Under the pieces are notes generated by a model that worked only from the letters and a program-made list of their open reading frames with translations, was not told the origin of the DNA and searched no databases. From positions 132,031 to 196,030 of the forward strand of contig CAVWIG010000018.1 in the NCBI GenBank assembly GCA_963754945.1: 64,000 bases of DNA. The letters run 5' to 3'. Below, one piece after another: positions 50,594 through 59,563 of this stretch. Each line of letters starts with the position of its first letter. The first letter of the stretch is position 1. The translations under genes were made by a program, and so were the position numbers. This DNA comes from Methanotrichaceae archaeon (lineage in GTDB: Archaea > Halobacteriota > Methanosarcinia > Methanotrichales > Methanotrichaceae).

Positions 50594-51973
50594 CTACTCG
50601 GATTGGACCTTTGATTTGGTAAGCTTTGCCTTAATTTGATGGAGAATTTCAGTTATAGGTCTCAGATCTGATTTGAAGCCCGACATTTTAAAGGTAAAAC
50701 ATGGTCGAAGATATGCGAAAGGGTCCTCCATTGCTTTAGCAGAAAATAATTGATCGCCACGAAACCCAGGTTCCGGTGGCTCATAAATATGCGGTATGGT
50801 GCCAGGTACTAGCATCCCCTGTGATGCTTCTGGTGATAGAACTTGGTTATTGGTTTCCAGATCGATTATTTCATATTGCATGTTGTTGATGCATAGATGG
50901 AAATTTCGATTCGTTCCTTTCGTTCCTTTGTAATACAATTTTGCCACGTAGGTAAAAATATTATCAAAATGGGTGCTAGCAACATTCCAATAATATATGT
51001 ATTGCCTTACCTGAGCTTCCATTTTATTACTGTCAATAGTTCGATTTTTGAAAATCTCAGCCAAAATGTCTGGAAAGTTCATGTAAATGGCATAGGCTCG
51101 ATTGACCAAAAAATAAGGATTATCATTATCTATCAGGTAGCTGTCTTCAAATATCCTCTCAAATGGCCGTAAGAAGAGCAATCTCACCGGGCGATTGATT
51201 GGAGACGATGTGAATGGACTCAAATACATATCCAAATCTAAAAAATCATGATAGCATTCAGGAGAAGCGGTCTTATGAGCAATGCGCATTTTTTCAAAAA
51301 GTGTTCTTCTATAAAGTCTAACTGCTTCCAATGGGGTAAAGCTCATTAGCCTTTCGATGGGCTTAATAGATTGAGGCGACCATTCTTTCCCTGCCCCTTC
51401 CACCTGGTCCTGTAGACTTTTGTTTTCCTCACCGCTCGATTTTCGCTCGGGAATAATTTTAATACTAATTTTATTATAGTCGTCGATAGTGACCGGAAGA
51501 GTCAAGAGCGACTTGGAGGCGATTTCTCTGAATTTGGTACTTTCCTTCATTTCGGGCTCAATCATATCGTAGACCGCAATAAAGCCATATTTTTGGATTA
51601 TACTACTAGTAAAACCTGACCCCAGAAATTTTCCCGCGTTATCACTTAAGTAAAGCTTGAACATCCGTTCAAATGCAGGTTTAGTAGCCACGAGCTGGTA
51701 ATAATGCCGTGAGTCATAATTCATCTTCTTTGCTTTATCATTCGTTTTTCCTTTGAGCGGAGATCCAACTGGTTTAGTTCTGTGTAGGATCTTCCTATTT
51801 TTAAGATAACTTAGCGCTTCCCGAATTTTCGACTCGCCTGTGAATTCTCTTAGAGATTTCAAGTCATCATACGTATAGGGTCTTGCAGAATTTTCTATCA
51901 TCATGTCCAGAATTCTTTTTGCTGTAATGGGAATATTTTCTTTTTCTAACATATATATTAATTCCTGAAACAC
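50594..51973 (-). CDS. putative regulator with N-terminal winged helix
   Basis: AKRILDMM...ESKIREALSYLKNRKIL; divergent from the replication operon. Confidence 0.6.
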   Translation of the reverse strand: MFQELIYMLEKENIPITAKRILDMMIENSARPYTYDDLKSLREFTGESKIREALSYLKNRKILHRTKPVGSPLKGKTNDKAKKMNYDSRHYYQLVATKPAFERMFKLYLSDNAGKFLGSGFTSSIIQKYGFIAVYDMIEPEMKESTKFREIASKSLLTLPVTIDDYNKISIKIIPERKSSGEENKSLQDQVEGAGKEWSPQSIKPIERLMSFTPLEAVRLYRRTLFEKMRIAHKTASPECYHDFLDLDMYLSPFTSSPINRPVRLLFLRPFERIFEDSYLIDNDNPYFLVNRAYAIYMNFPDILAEIFKNRTIDSNKMEAQVRQYIYYWNVASTHFDNIFTYVAKLYYKGTKGTNRNFHLCINNMQYEIIDLETNNQVLSPEASQGMLVPGTIPHIYEPPEPGFRGDQLFSAKAMEDPFAYLRPCFTFKMSGFKSDLRPITEILHQIKAKLTKSKVQSE

Positions 51974-52023
51974 TAATTGGCTTTTAGGTAGAGTTATAGA
52001 TTCCTCGAACTTATAGTTTGCCC

Positions 52024-52185
52024 ATGAGTACGATGTGTGTCGAGGTGAACGACGCTCTCCTGAAAAAATTCAGGAGTTTCGCCGTTGAAAAGCATGGGCG
52101 CATCTACGGCGTCCTCGGGCCGGAAGTCGAAGCTGCACTAGCTGAGCATTTGAAAATGAACAAACCGCGGCCCAGAGTGGCGTAG
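52024..52185 (+). CDS. small RHH/CopG-like protein (53 aa, not in ORF track)
   Basis: MSTMCVEVNDALLKKFRSFAVEKHGRIYGVLGPEVEAALAEHL. Confidence 0.7.
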   Translation: MSTMCVEVNDALLKKFRSFAVEKHGRIYGVLGPEVEAALAEHLKMNKPRPRVA

Positions 52186-52416
52186 ATGAAAGAAAATGTA
52201 AACTCCGAGAGCGCGGGCAACGCTCTCAGGCGGACAATTCTCCAGATCACGTATCAGGAGACTACTACCCATGTTATACGATGGTTTTCCTCTTAAACAT
52301 TCCGTAAGATCACATCACGATCCGGAAGCCAGTTGGTGGCCGTGCTCGTGTGGACGGTGCCAGACCAGAGATCGACGCCGGTGGGACCGAAGAATCGCAC
52401 GCGGAGAGGTGCAAAG

Positions 52417-52647
52417 GTGACAACTTTTCCTGTTCGCCTCGAGATATGGACAGATGAGATTGGCCTCCTTCATGAACTCCAGGACCGTGACGGCTGTCTT
52501 GTGGCCAAGATCGGCCCCGATGTGGTAGCTCTGCCTTATGAATTGCATGAAGTTCTGAAGAGTCTGGTAGGCAGGAAGATCAGCGTGTTTAGGAGCGATC
52601 ACGACTATCGAGTGCGTTGCCGCGACGAAGGAGGGGTTCATGCCTGA
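52417..52647 (+). CDS. small conserved element protein, paralogue of 34085-34348
   Basis: GTG start after GAGGTG; aligns along its length with 34085-34348. Confidence 0.8.
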   Translation: MTTFPVRLEIWTDEIGLLHELQDRDGCLVAKIGPDVVALPYELHEVLKSLVGRKISVFRSDHDYRVRCRDEGGVHA

Positions 52648-53215
52648 TCACACTAACCCGCATCAGGAAGGCGGGGAGAAATCCCTTCCGGGAGACAACA
52701 GGCCAGAGGCGTCGACCACTGAAGAAAAGAAGGCAGCTTTCAAGAAACCAGAAACCGGGAACGATATCATAGATTGTGGCCCATGTAGGCTACCAATGCC
52801 AGACCCAGTTCTCCTGCCACCTCGAAATCAAGCTCCACCGAAGGGATTTCACATAGTTAAAATCCTCAATAAACCTAGGCCCGGAGATTCTGTTCACCGA
52901 ATTGATTATCGGAGCCTATTCAATCTTTTGTATTTCAAGATTTTTATAGAAACTAAAGATGGACTTGAGTGGAAACCTGTTAAGTGTGATCCTCGCGATC
53001 ATCGATTAGCACCACCTACAGATTATGTTTGTCCATACTGCAACGAACTGGCACATACGGCTATCTCAGGGGTGCTCAGGTGCATCCACTGCGGCCGGGC
53101 TGTACGCCCCACACCACTTCGAGCCTATGGTAAGCATGCAGTGGAGTTCATCGAAAACAAGAAACGTGAACGCAAATTTGACGAATTTCTTAATGACTGC
53201 AAGAGGCGATCCTGA
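52640..53215 (+). CDS. hypothetical Zn-ribbon protein
   Basis: CPYC...CIHCG; overlaps the upstream gene. Confidence 0.65.
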   Translation: MPDHTNPHQEGGEKSLPGDNRPEASTTEEKKAAFKKPETGNDIIDCGPCRLPMPDPVLLPPRNQAPPKGFHIVKILNKPRPGDSVHRIDYRSLFNLLYFKIFIETKDGLEWKPVKCDPRDHRLAPPTDYVCPYCNELAHTAISGVLRCIHCGRAVRPTPLRAYGKHAVEFIENKKRERKFDEFLNDCKRRS

Positions 53216-53358
53216 TGGAAGTCGATCCATGGGATTGTCGAAATTGCCCGGTAGCTAACGATCTCCTGCGATGGATTGAGTTGTCCGCAAAGAATGCAGG
53301 CTTAGAATTTCGAAATAAGCAGCTTCGGGAAAAATTGTCTGTCCTAGCGAGGCGCTAG
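53215..53358 (+). CDS. small hypothetical protein (47 aa)
   Basis: TGATG coupling; MEVDPWDCRNCPVAND...LREKLSVLARR; ends 2 nt before the primase start. Confidence 0.45.
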   Translation: MEVDPWDCRNCPVANDLLRWIELSAKNAGLEFRNKQLREKLSVLARR

Positions 53359-53360
53359 GC

Positions 53361-56300
53361 ATGGCCGCTAACTTCGATGCTATCCCCGAGGAGCTTAAAG
53401 CCCTAAAGAATTGGTCGCTGTGGAAGAAGGGTGTACGCGACGGCAAGCCCGCGAAGGTTCCTATTCAATTGAATGGTAGAGGCGCAAAATCAAATGATTC
53501 TTCAACGTGGATAACTTTTGCTGCAGCCCTAAACGCTTATCAGAACCTAGACGGCTTTGATGGCATCTGTTGTATGATGCCTACAACACCGGATAGCCTC
53601 ATTTTCATTGACCTTGACTATTGCATTGACGATAAAGGGGTTATCGAGCCGTGGGCGGCGGATGTAGTTAAAAGGTTCAACTCTTATACTGAAAAGTCAC
53701 AGTCCGGGCATGGTCTCCACATCTTAATCAAAGGAAAGAAGCCTTTCAAGCGATGCCGTAAACATGGCAGCCCCTTTGAGATCTATGATTCCCTAAGACC
53801 CATGTATCTTACTGGTGCTGGTGACTTTCCCGATGTCCAGGCTAAAATAAATCCTCGTCAGGATGAGCTAGACAGTCTTTTCTTTGATATCTTTGGGAAT
53901 AATGAGCAGGAAAAGCCGGGGCCCGCAGATAAGCCCTCAGAAGGCCGCTATCTAGAAGATGAGGTTTTGCTCAAACGGGCTATGCTCGCAAAGAACGGAG
54001 CAGCCTTTAAGGACCTTTGGGACGGCTCCACGCTCGGGTACAGCGGCGACGATAGCGCCGCTGACATGGCCCTATGTAATCATCTGGCATTTTGGACAGG
54101 TAAGAGCGCCCTGCAGATGGACAGGCTATTTAGAAAGTCCAGGTTAATGCGTCCTAAGTGGGACGAAAATCGAGGAAGTCAGACTTACGGTGAAAAGACC
54201 ATCAATGAAGCTATTGTCGGCTGTACTCAAGTATATGAACCACCAACAGAACCCATACACGAAGAGCCGATTAAGGGAACCTGTGACATAGAAAGACTGA
54301 TAGCGGTTTATAAGAAATGGCTGTACGTCAAAGAGGATTACAGCATTACAGGGCCAATGGTCGCGGCTGTGGCTAACTTTTGCCCTGGCGATCCTGATAT
54401 TATAGGGATCATAGCCCCCTCTGGATCTACCAAGACCGAAGGCATCAGGGCTCTAGGAGAGGAAGAGAACAAGTTTGTTTATCCTCTATCATCATTGACT
54501 GAGCATACCTTCATCTCGGGGTTTGTGGACAAGAACGGCAAGCCCGGCCGAGATCTAGTACCTTTGCTGAAGCATCGACTTTTGGTTATAAAGGATCTGA
54601 CCACTATCCTATCTAAGAAAGAGGATGTAAGAGGCCAAATATTCGCAGACTTCCGAGAGCTGACAGACGGATACATTGAAAAGGAATTCGGCAACGGTAC
54701 AAAAAAATTGTATAAGGATATTCATAGCTCTATATTATTCGCTTGCACCAATGCAATAGAACGATACTATTCAATGTATTCTAATTTGGGCCAACGCATG
54801 ATTTTTATGAGGCCCGAGGGCGATAAGATCAAGGCCCGAGAGCAGAGCGTCAAAAATCGGAGCAGCCTTAAAGAAATGCGTGCAGATATCCACACGGCAA
54901 CCGTGCAGTTTTTAGAGCTGAATGTGGAGAAGACCAAAGCCGGATTGCCTACAACTTCGGACGCAATAGCTGAAGAGATGGGACCATTGTTTGACTTTCT
55001 GGCGGTTGCTAGAACTTCGATTCACCACGATTTTAAAGGTGACATAGACGAAATACCAGAACCCGAGTACCCAACCAGGATAGCCAACACATTAACGCGG
55101 CTGCTAGAAGTCCATGCCCTGATTCATGGAAGGGATGAAGTAGACCCAGAAGATGTAGCCTTTGGGATTAGGATCATCAGGGACAACGTACCAACGACAC
55201 GGTATAAACTGCTAGAGATATTGAGCAAAACACCAACAATCTATCTCACTACACCCAATATTGCCACCACAGCCGAATTGCCAACAGGCACAGCGAAGAG
55301 AGTCCTCGATGAAATGTTCGCCCTTCATCTGTTATAGGACTTACGCACTTGGCAGAATCTTCTTATATTGCATATGCTATATTAATACCAACAAATAAAT
55401 GGGATAGGGCTGAACTTGAATCCTTCCAAGTGCGATGATCTTGATTATATTCACTTTCTGATAGCATCAGTAGATGTTTTTACCTGTACTGAGGCTGCAA
55501 GGTGCCAGCCAGTAGGAGAAAATAGTCCATCGCATGATGCATTTACCCGTCTTCTACAAAGACAGCCTCCAGATACGGATACGTTGTGGAATGAGGTAAA
55601 GGATATTGTTCAGCCTCAAAATGGTTTCTTGGTTATTGACGATACGACGTTGGACAAGCCATATGCTAAAAATATGAGCCTAGTCTATCATCAATGGAGT
55701 GGAAAACAGCATCGATTGGTGAATGGAATCAATATTTGTACGTTGCTGTGGACAGATGGAAACGCTATAATTCCCGTTGATTTCCGAATCTACGATATAG
55801 ATGTCGACGGCAAGACAAAAAATGATCATTTTCGAGATATGCTTGCCAAAGCAAAAGAACGGCGTTTTCAGCCCTGTATTGTTCTCTTCGATAGCTGGTA
55901 TGCCAGTGTAGATAATCTCAAAACCATACGAAAGTCTGGATGGCACTGGCTGACCCGATTGAAGAAAAATAGGCTAGTGAATCCGAATAACACCAAAAAT
56001 ATGCAAATTCAGGAGATAGAGATACCGCTGCAAGGCAGGGAAGTGCATTTAAAAGCTTATGGTTTTATAAAAGTATTCCGGATAGTCTCTAATGACGGTG
56101 ACATAGGATACTGGGCAACTGACGTGCTGGAGATAGACGAAGCTAAACGCGAAAAATTTGGTGGATATTCCTGGAAGATTGAGGAATATCACAGAGGCAT
56201 AAAGCAATTCTGTGGAGTCGAAAGCTGTCAAGCAAGAAAAAGTCAGTCCCAGAGAGCACACATAATGTTCTCCCTGAGAGCGTTTCTCAGATTAGAAGTA

Positions 56301-56536
56301 GAAAGGCTTAGAATAGGAATAAGTTGGTTCGAATCTAAGCGAAGAATTATTCGCGAGTCAATTCGCGAATATATAAAATATCCTTATTATTCATTGTCGA
56401 AAGATTCAACTGCGTAAGTCCTATGTTAGATAAAATCAGCTACCAATCGAAGACGGAAGCTGACACAGACCGGCGCTCTGACTCTTATCAGATCAGAAAG
56501 GAAGTTTTAGCCCCGGTCCTAAAACTGAAAGTATAG
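53361..56536 (+). pseudogene. AEP-type primase (NrS-1/P4-like N-terminus) + AAA+ helicase-like + wHTH, interrupted near the 3' end by IS701
   Basis: IPEELKALKNW, FIDLD, YTEKSQSGHGLHI, DDSAADMALCNHLAFWTG, APSGSTKT, LVIKD; frame resumes at 56424 as LDKISYQ...LKV*. Confidence 0.85.
55335..56423 (+). mobile_element. IS701-family element (copy 2), transposase 55416-56417
   Basis: TIR TAGGACTTACGCA; TSD TGTTA; protein identical to copy 1. Confidence 0.92.
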
Positions 56537-56666
56537 GGTTGCCATCGTCTAAGAGGGTATATCCCAAAGTCTCCTCTTAATTAAATATAAATTTATCGAT
56601 TACAAAGTCAAGATAAAGTACCTTTGTGGTAATATATCCTCTCCCCTAATGGCAACCCTATACTTT
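56528..56666. repeat. 18-bp perfect inverted repeat around an AT-rich core (candidate origin)
   Basis: AAAGTATAGGGTTGCCAT ... ATGGCAACCCTATACTTT; core TTAATTAAATATAAATTTAT. Confidence 0.75.
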
Positions 56667-56737
56667 TGGATTTTCATTTCAGACTATATAAGAATGTGGA
56701 GATGTGCGCAAGAATTGCGTTTAAATGAGGTTAAAGA

Positions 56738-56920
56738 ATGAGCAAAGGTAAAACGCATTGTAGAGGCTCCCGATGTAATATCGTCAGATCCAATATCAAC
56801 AACGCCAGACGCAAGGCTAGGAAGAAGGCGAAGATCTACGATTTGCACGATTATGATAAGCCGACTGGTAGTGAGCCTCTGGAGTCGAACCCGCGGAGGT
56901 CAAAACATGAAGAGCCTTAA
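56738..56920 (+). CDS. small basic hypothetical protein
   Basis: GAGG RBS; R/K-rich 60 aa; first gene of the coupled operon. Confidence 0.5.
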   Translation: MSKGKTHCRGSRCNIVRSNINNARRKARKKAKIYDLHDYDKPTGSEPLESNPRRSKHEEP

Positions 56921-57263
56921 GGACTTTGAGAGGCGGCTTGTCACTTTGTCGATCGGCTCACATGAGACCATCAGCGATGATAGCAAGGCATTTTTGGACA
57001 GTTTGACTTGGGCCGAGGAAGACCAAATGACCGAAATCTTCATCAAACACGCGCTTGCGGGCGATCAGCCTTATGAAAACCTGACCTCGGAAGAGGCTGA
57101 TTTTTTGATAACCTTGCTCGAGCGTCCAGTTAAGCCAGTGCCACCAAATGTTCGAATAAAAGAGGCAATCGATCGAGAAAGAGCGATAGACGAATGTTTT
57201 GCAAATATGCCTCGGGACAGCGGGGGTAACCGGATCGCATGCGGAGGCGGTCAGGATGTCTGA
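56907..57263 (+). CDS. small protein with degenerate N-terminal coiled-coil tag (FERRLVTLS)
   Basis: GGAGGT RBS, ATG at 56907. Confidence 0.65.
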   Translation: MKSLKDFERRLVTLSIGSHETISDDSKAFLDSLTWAEEDQMTEIFIKHALAGDQPYENLTSEEADFLITLLERPVKPVPPNVRIKEAIDRERAIDECFANMPRDSGGNRIACGGGQDV

Positions 57264-57381
57264 AGTACAAATCGCAAGGCGAAGAGTTCGAACCCTACAG
57301 AAGAAACCCTACTCGAAGGAAAACTACGACGGCTCCGAGGGGGCCGGGGATCAACCTGAATTCAAAAAGCGCTGGCGGTGA
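57256..57381 (+). CDS. microprotein with degenerate tag (RRVRTLQ)
   Basis: ATG overlapping the upstream stop; GGAGG upstream. Confidence 0.4.
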   Translation: MSEVQIARRRVRTLQKKPYSKENYDGSEGAGDQPEFKKRWR

Positions 57382-57384
57382 ACC

Positions 57385-57621
57385 ATGCCCGAAAAGAAGC
57401 GATATCTGCGACTTAAATTGAATAATCCAGAGGATGCACAAGAGTACATCCGTCGGCTGCTGAGGAATCTGAAAGAACGCGGTCCGGATGCTGAAATTGA
57501 ATATCTGGGTAGGATTAGCCAAATATTATCAGTCTGGTTGAAATCTTATGAATTGAATAAATTAGAGGATATCGAGGCCAGGCTTGCGGCCTTGGAGAAA
57601 GAGAAGGAGACCAAGAAATGA
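57385..57621 (+). CDS. small helical protein with C-terminal IEARLAALE coiled coil
   Basis: 78 aa, amphipathic helices; ATGA overlap with the next gene. Confidence 0.75.
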   Translation: MPEKKRYLRLKLNNPEDAQEYIRRLLRNLKERGPDAEIEYLGRISQILSVWLKSYELNKLEDIEARLAALEKEKETKK

Positions 57622-57887
57622 GAACCCAAAACTTGCAGAAACGTGTTGAGGCACTTGAGGCCACGCAAAGCCGCGTTCCCGTCGATCAATGGCCCCCGAG
57701 GGATTGCAATCCGAACAGGCGTCTTGCGAGATATGCCTCCTACTTCGATGACACAAAGCCATGGAAATGCACCGGGACACCGGAAAGAAGGGCTGAAAGA
57801 GATGCTAGATTCGCCCGAGACGCAAGGCTGGCCCGCTACCAAGATTATTTTGAAGACCAAGAGACCAGCGTCGCTGTCTCGGAGTGA
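57618..57887 (+). CDS. tagged microprotein (MRTQNLQKRVEALE...)
   Basis: AGGAG RBS, ATGA coupling, shared N-terminal motif. Confidence 0.75.
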   Translation: MRTQNLQKRVEALEATQSRVPVDQWPPRDCNPNRRLARYASYFDDTKPWKCTGTPERRAERDARFARDARLARYQDYFEDQETSVAVSE

Positions 57888-57889
57888 CA

Positions 57890-58072
57890 ATGAAAGCAGA
57901 TAACCTTTCCCGGCGACTCTCGGCACTGGAAGACGACCCAGAGGAGGATTTGGTCGCGTTTAGCTACCAGTGGCTAAACGAGGATGGCACACCCGCCGGA
58001 CCATTGATCGAGCGCCGGATCCCTCGTAGTCGTTATGAGATGTTCAATTTTGAATGGATTGATGAGAAATGA
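57890..58072 (+). CDS. tagged microprotein (MKADNLSRRLSALE...)
   Basis: GGAG RBS; alternative GTG start at 57884; shared motif. Confidence 0.75.
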   Translation: MKADNLSRRLSALEDDPEEDLVAFSYQWLNEDGTPAGPLIERRIPRSRYEMFNFEWIDEK

Positions 58073-58236
58073 AAACAGATTCCCTGAACAGCCGCCTGGA
58101 CGTCCTGGAAAAGCAAGCTAACCCCGTAAATATCAGGCTTATTTGGTACGACGATCCCGATTATGGAAAACAACCTGAGCCGGGCAATACCCGTATCAAC
58201 CTGCATTTCTTAGACGAACTGGAAGGAGTTTTATGA
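58069..58236 (+). CDS. tagged microprotein (MKTDSLNSRLDVLE..., 55 aa, not in ORF track)
   Basis: ATGA overlaps at both ends; shared motif. Confidence 0.75.
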   Translation: MKTDSLNSRLDVLEKQANPVNIRLIWYDDPDYGKQPEPGNTRINLHFLDELEGVL

Positions 58237-58475
58237 GCGTAAATGCACTCAACCGCCGCGTAGCAGCGCTAGAAAATAGTGCCCCTATTATTGATGATCT
58301 TGCTGATTACGCCCTCTGGCGTGCCCATGGCTGCGATCCGAACGTCCGATGGGACCCGGCATTTAAAGAGATGCTAGAGAAGGCGTTTGCGGAAATGAAG
58401 GAAAGACGTGAGCATCTGCTTAAGAAGACGGACAATGCCCGGGTCGATGTCAATGTCAATGGACGCGGTTCCTGA
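58233..58475 (+). CDS. tagged microprotein (MSVNALNRRVAALE...)
   Basis: AGGAG RBS, ATGA coupling, shared motif. Confidence 0.75.
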   Translation: MSVNALNRRVAALENSAPIIDDLADYALWRAHGCDPNVRWDPAFKEMLEKAFAEMKERREHLLKKTDNARVDVNVNGRGS

Positions 58476-59145
58476 TTGTATATTTCCAGCATCAAACATC
58501 GAAGGAGTTGCCGATCTCCTCGTAGACAGGCAAGGGGATTTCTTTGATTATCCTCTGGCCTGGGGATCTGTTCGCCGAACTGGAGATTTTCGGGGCAGAA
58601 CTATCCACTTCTACACGGACGATTATCGCTTTGCAGCGGTCTGGAATAAGCCCGATCGAGTGTGGCAAAGTGGTGCTCCTAGCTTTGTTGAGGTCAATTT
58701 CAGCACAAGTAACGCTCAACCTCGTTGGAGAGCTTTGGAGCAGATAGGCAAAAAGCGGTTCTTGTCAAGGTATTGGCAAGAGCGTGGAATGCTATGCTGG
58801 GTCGATCTCAACGTCGCTCCGAAATGGTGGGACATCAATCTTCTGGGCGTTCCTTTGGGCTGGAAAGCCTATGCGACCAGGATCGAGAAGAGCAGTTCGC
58901 TTCAAAGCATAATGGATCAGGCTTCTTTAGCAGAATCGCAAGCAGGAACAGATGAAATCAAGTTCGTAATCTATGGTCACCGGCAGGAGATGGAAGATCT
59001 CTGTCGGAGACGCGGCTGGATCTACGTCGACGAGCAAGCAACGATCTGGAATAAACGAGAATCAAACAAGGCAAGGAAAGTGTCGTTGCAATTAGAAGTT
59101 GAGCATTTTGAACAAACAAAACAACTGACTTTGGAGATGATATAA
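58408..59145 (+). CDS. DUF4417-like phage-associated protein (start uncertain)
   Basis: IHFYTDDYRFAAVWNKP, NFS, RYWQERG motifs. Confidence 0.65.
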   Translation: MSICLRRRTMPGSMSMSMDAVPDCIFPASNIEGVADLLVDRQGDFFDYPLAWGSVRRTGDFRGRTIHFYTDDYRFAAVWNKPDRVWQSGAPSFVEVNFSTSNAQPRWRALEQIGKKRFLSRYWQERGMLCWVDLNVAPKWWDINLLGVPLGWKAYATRIEKSSSLQSIMDQASLAESQAGTDEIKFVIYGHRQEMEDLCRRRGWIYVDEQATIWNKRESNKARKVSLQLEVEHFEQTKQLTLEMI

Positions 59146-59340
59146 ATGGGCGGTGACAAGGGCGGGACCCGCCCGGGTCGTAAGAACGAAATTGGAACAT
59201 CTGGATTTCAGGGCGGACCCGACGTACACGGTGGGACCTTAGGTCGAGATCAGACACCGAAACAGCCTAAAGTTCTTCTTAAAAACGGCAAAGTGCAACC
59301 TGGCACAAAAGCGTTTAGGTTGCAACAAACGAAAACGTAG
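59146..59340 (+). CDS. small Gly/Lys-rich protein
   Basis: Begins immediately after the upstream stop, GGAG RBS, MGG start. Confidence 0.5.
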   Translation: MGGDKGGTRPGRKNEIGTSGFQGGPDVHGGTLGRDQTPKQPKVLLKNGKVQPGTKAFRLQQTKT

Positions 59341-59422
59341 CATTGTTTGCTCTAGTTAGTTGGTATTTTACGGGTTAGTGATTCATGCTAACCCCCATTT
59401 TCTATATTATATATCTTGGGGT

Positions 59423-59563
59423 ATGAAGATGACAAATTTGTATGATAAGCGCATACAGGGCCTGAAGGCCCTAAAGAACCAATTGCAACTAACCGCAAAA
59501 CTGATTGACAGGCTTATCGACCTGGAGACGCGCATCCAGGAGCTCGAAAAAACAAAGAAGTGA
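59423..59563 (+). CDS. coiled-coil microprotein with two RhxxhE motifs, coupled to the tape-measure-like gene
   Basis: DRLIDLETRIQELEKTKK; GTGA overlap at 59560. Confidence 0.6.
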   Translation: MKMTNLYDKRIQGLKALKNQLQLTAKLIDRLIDLETRIQELEKTKK

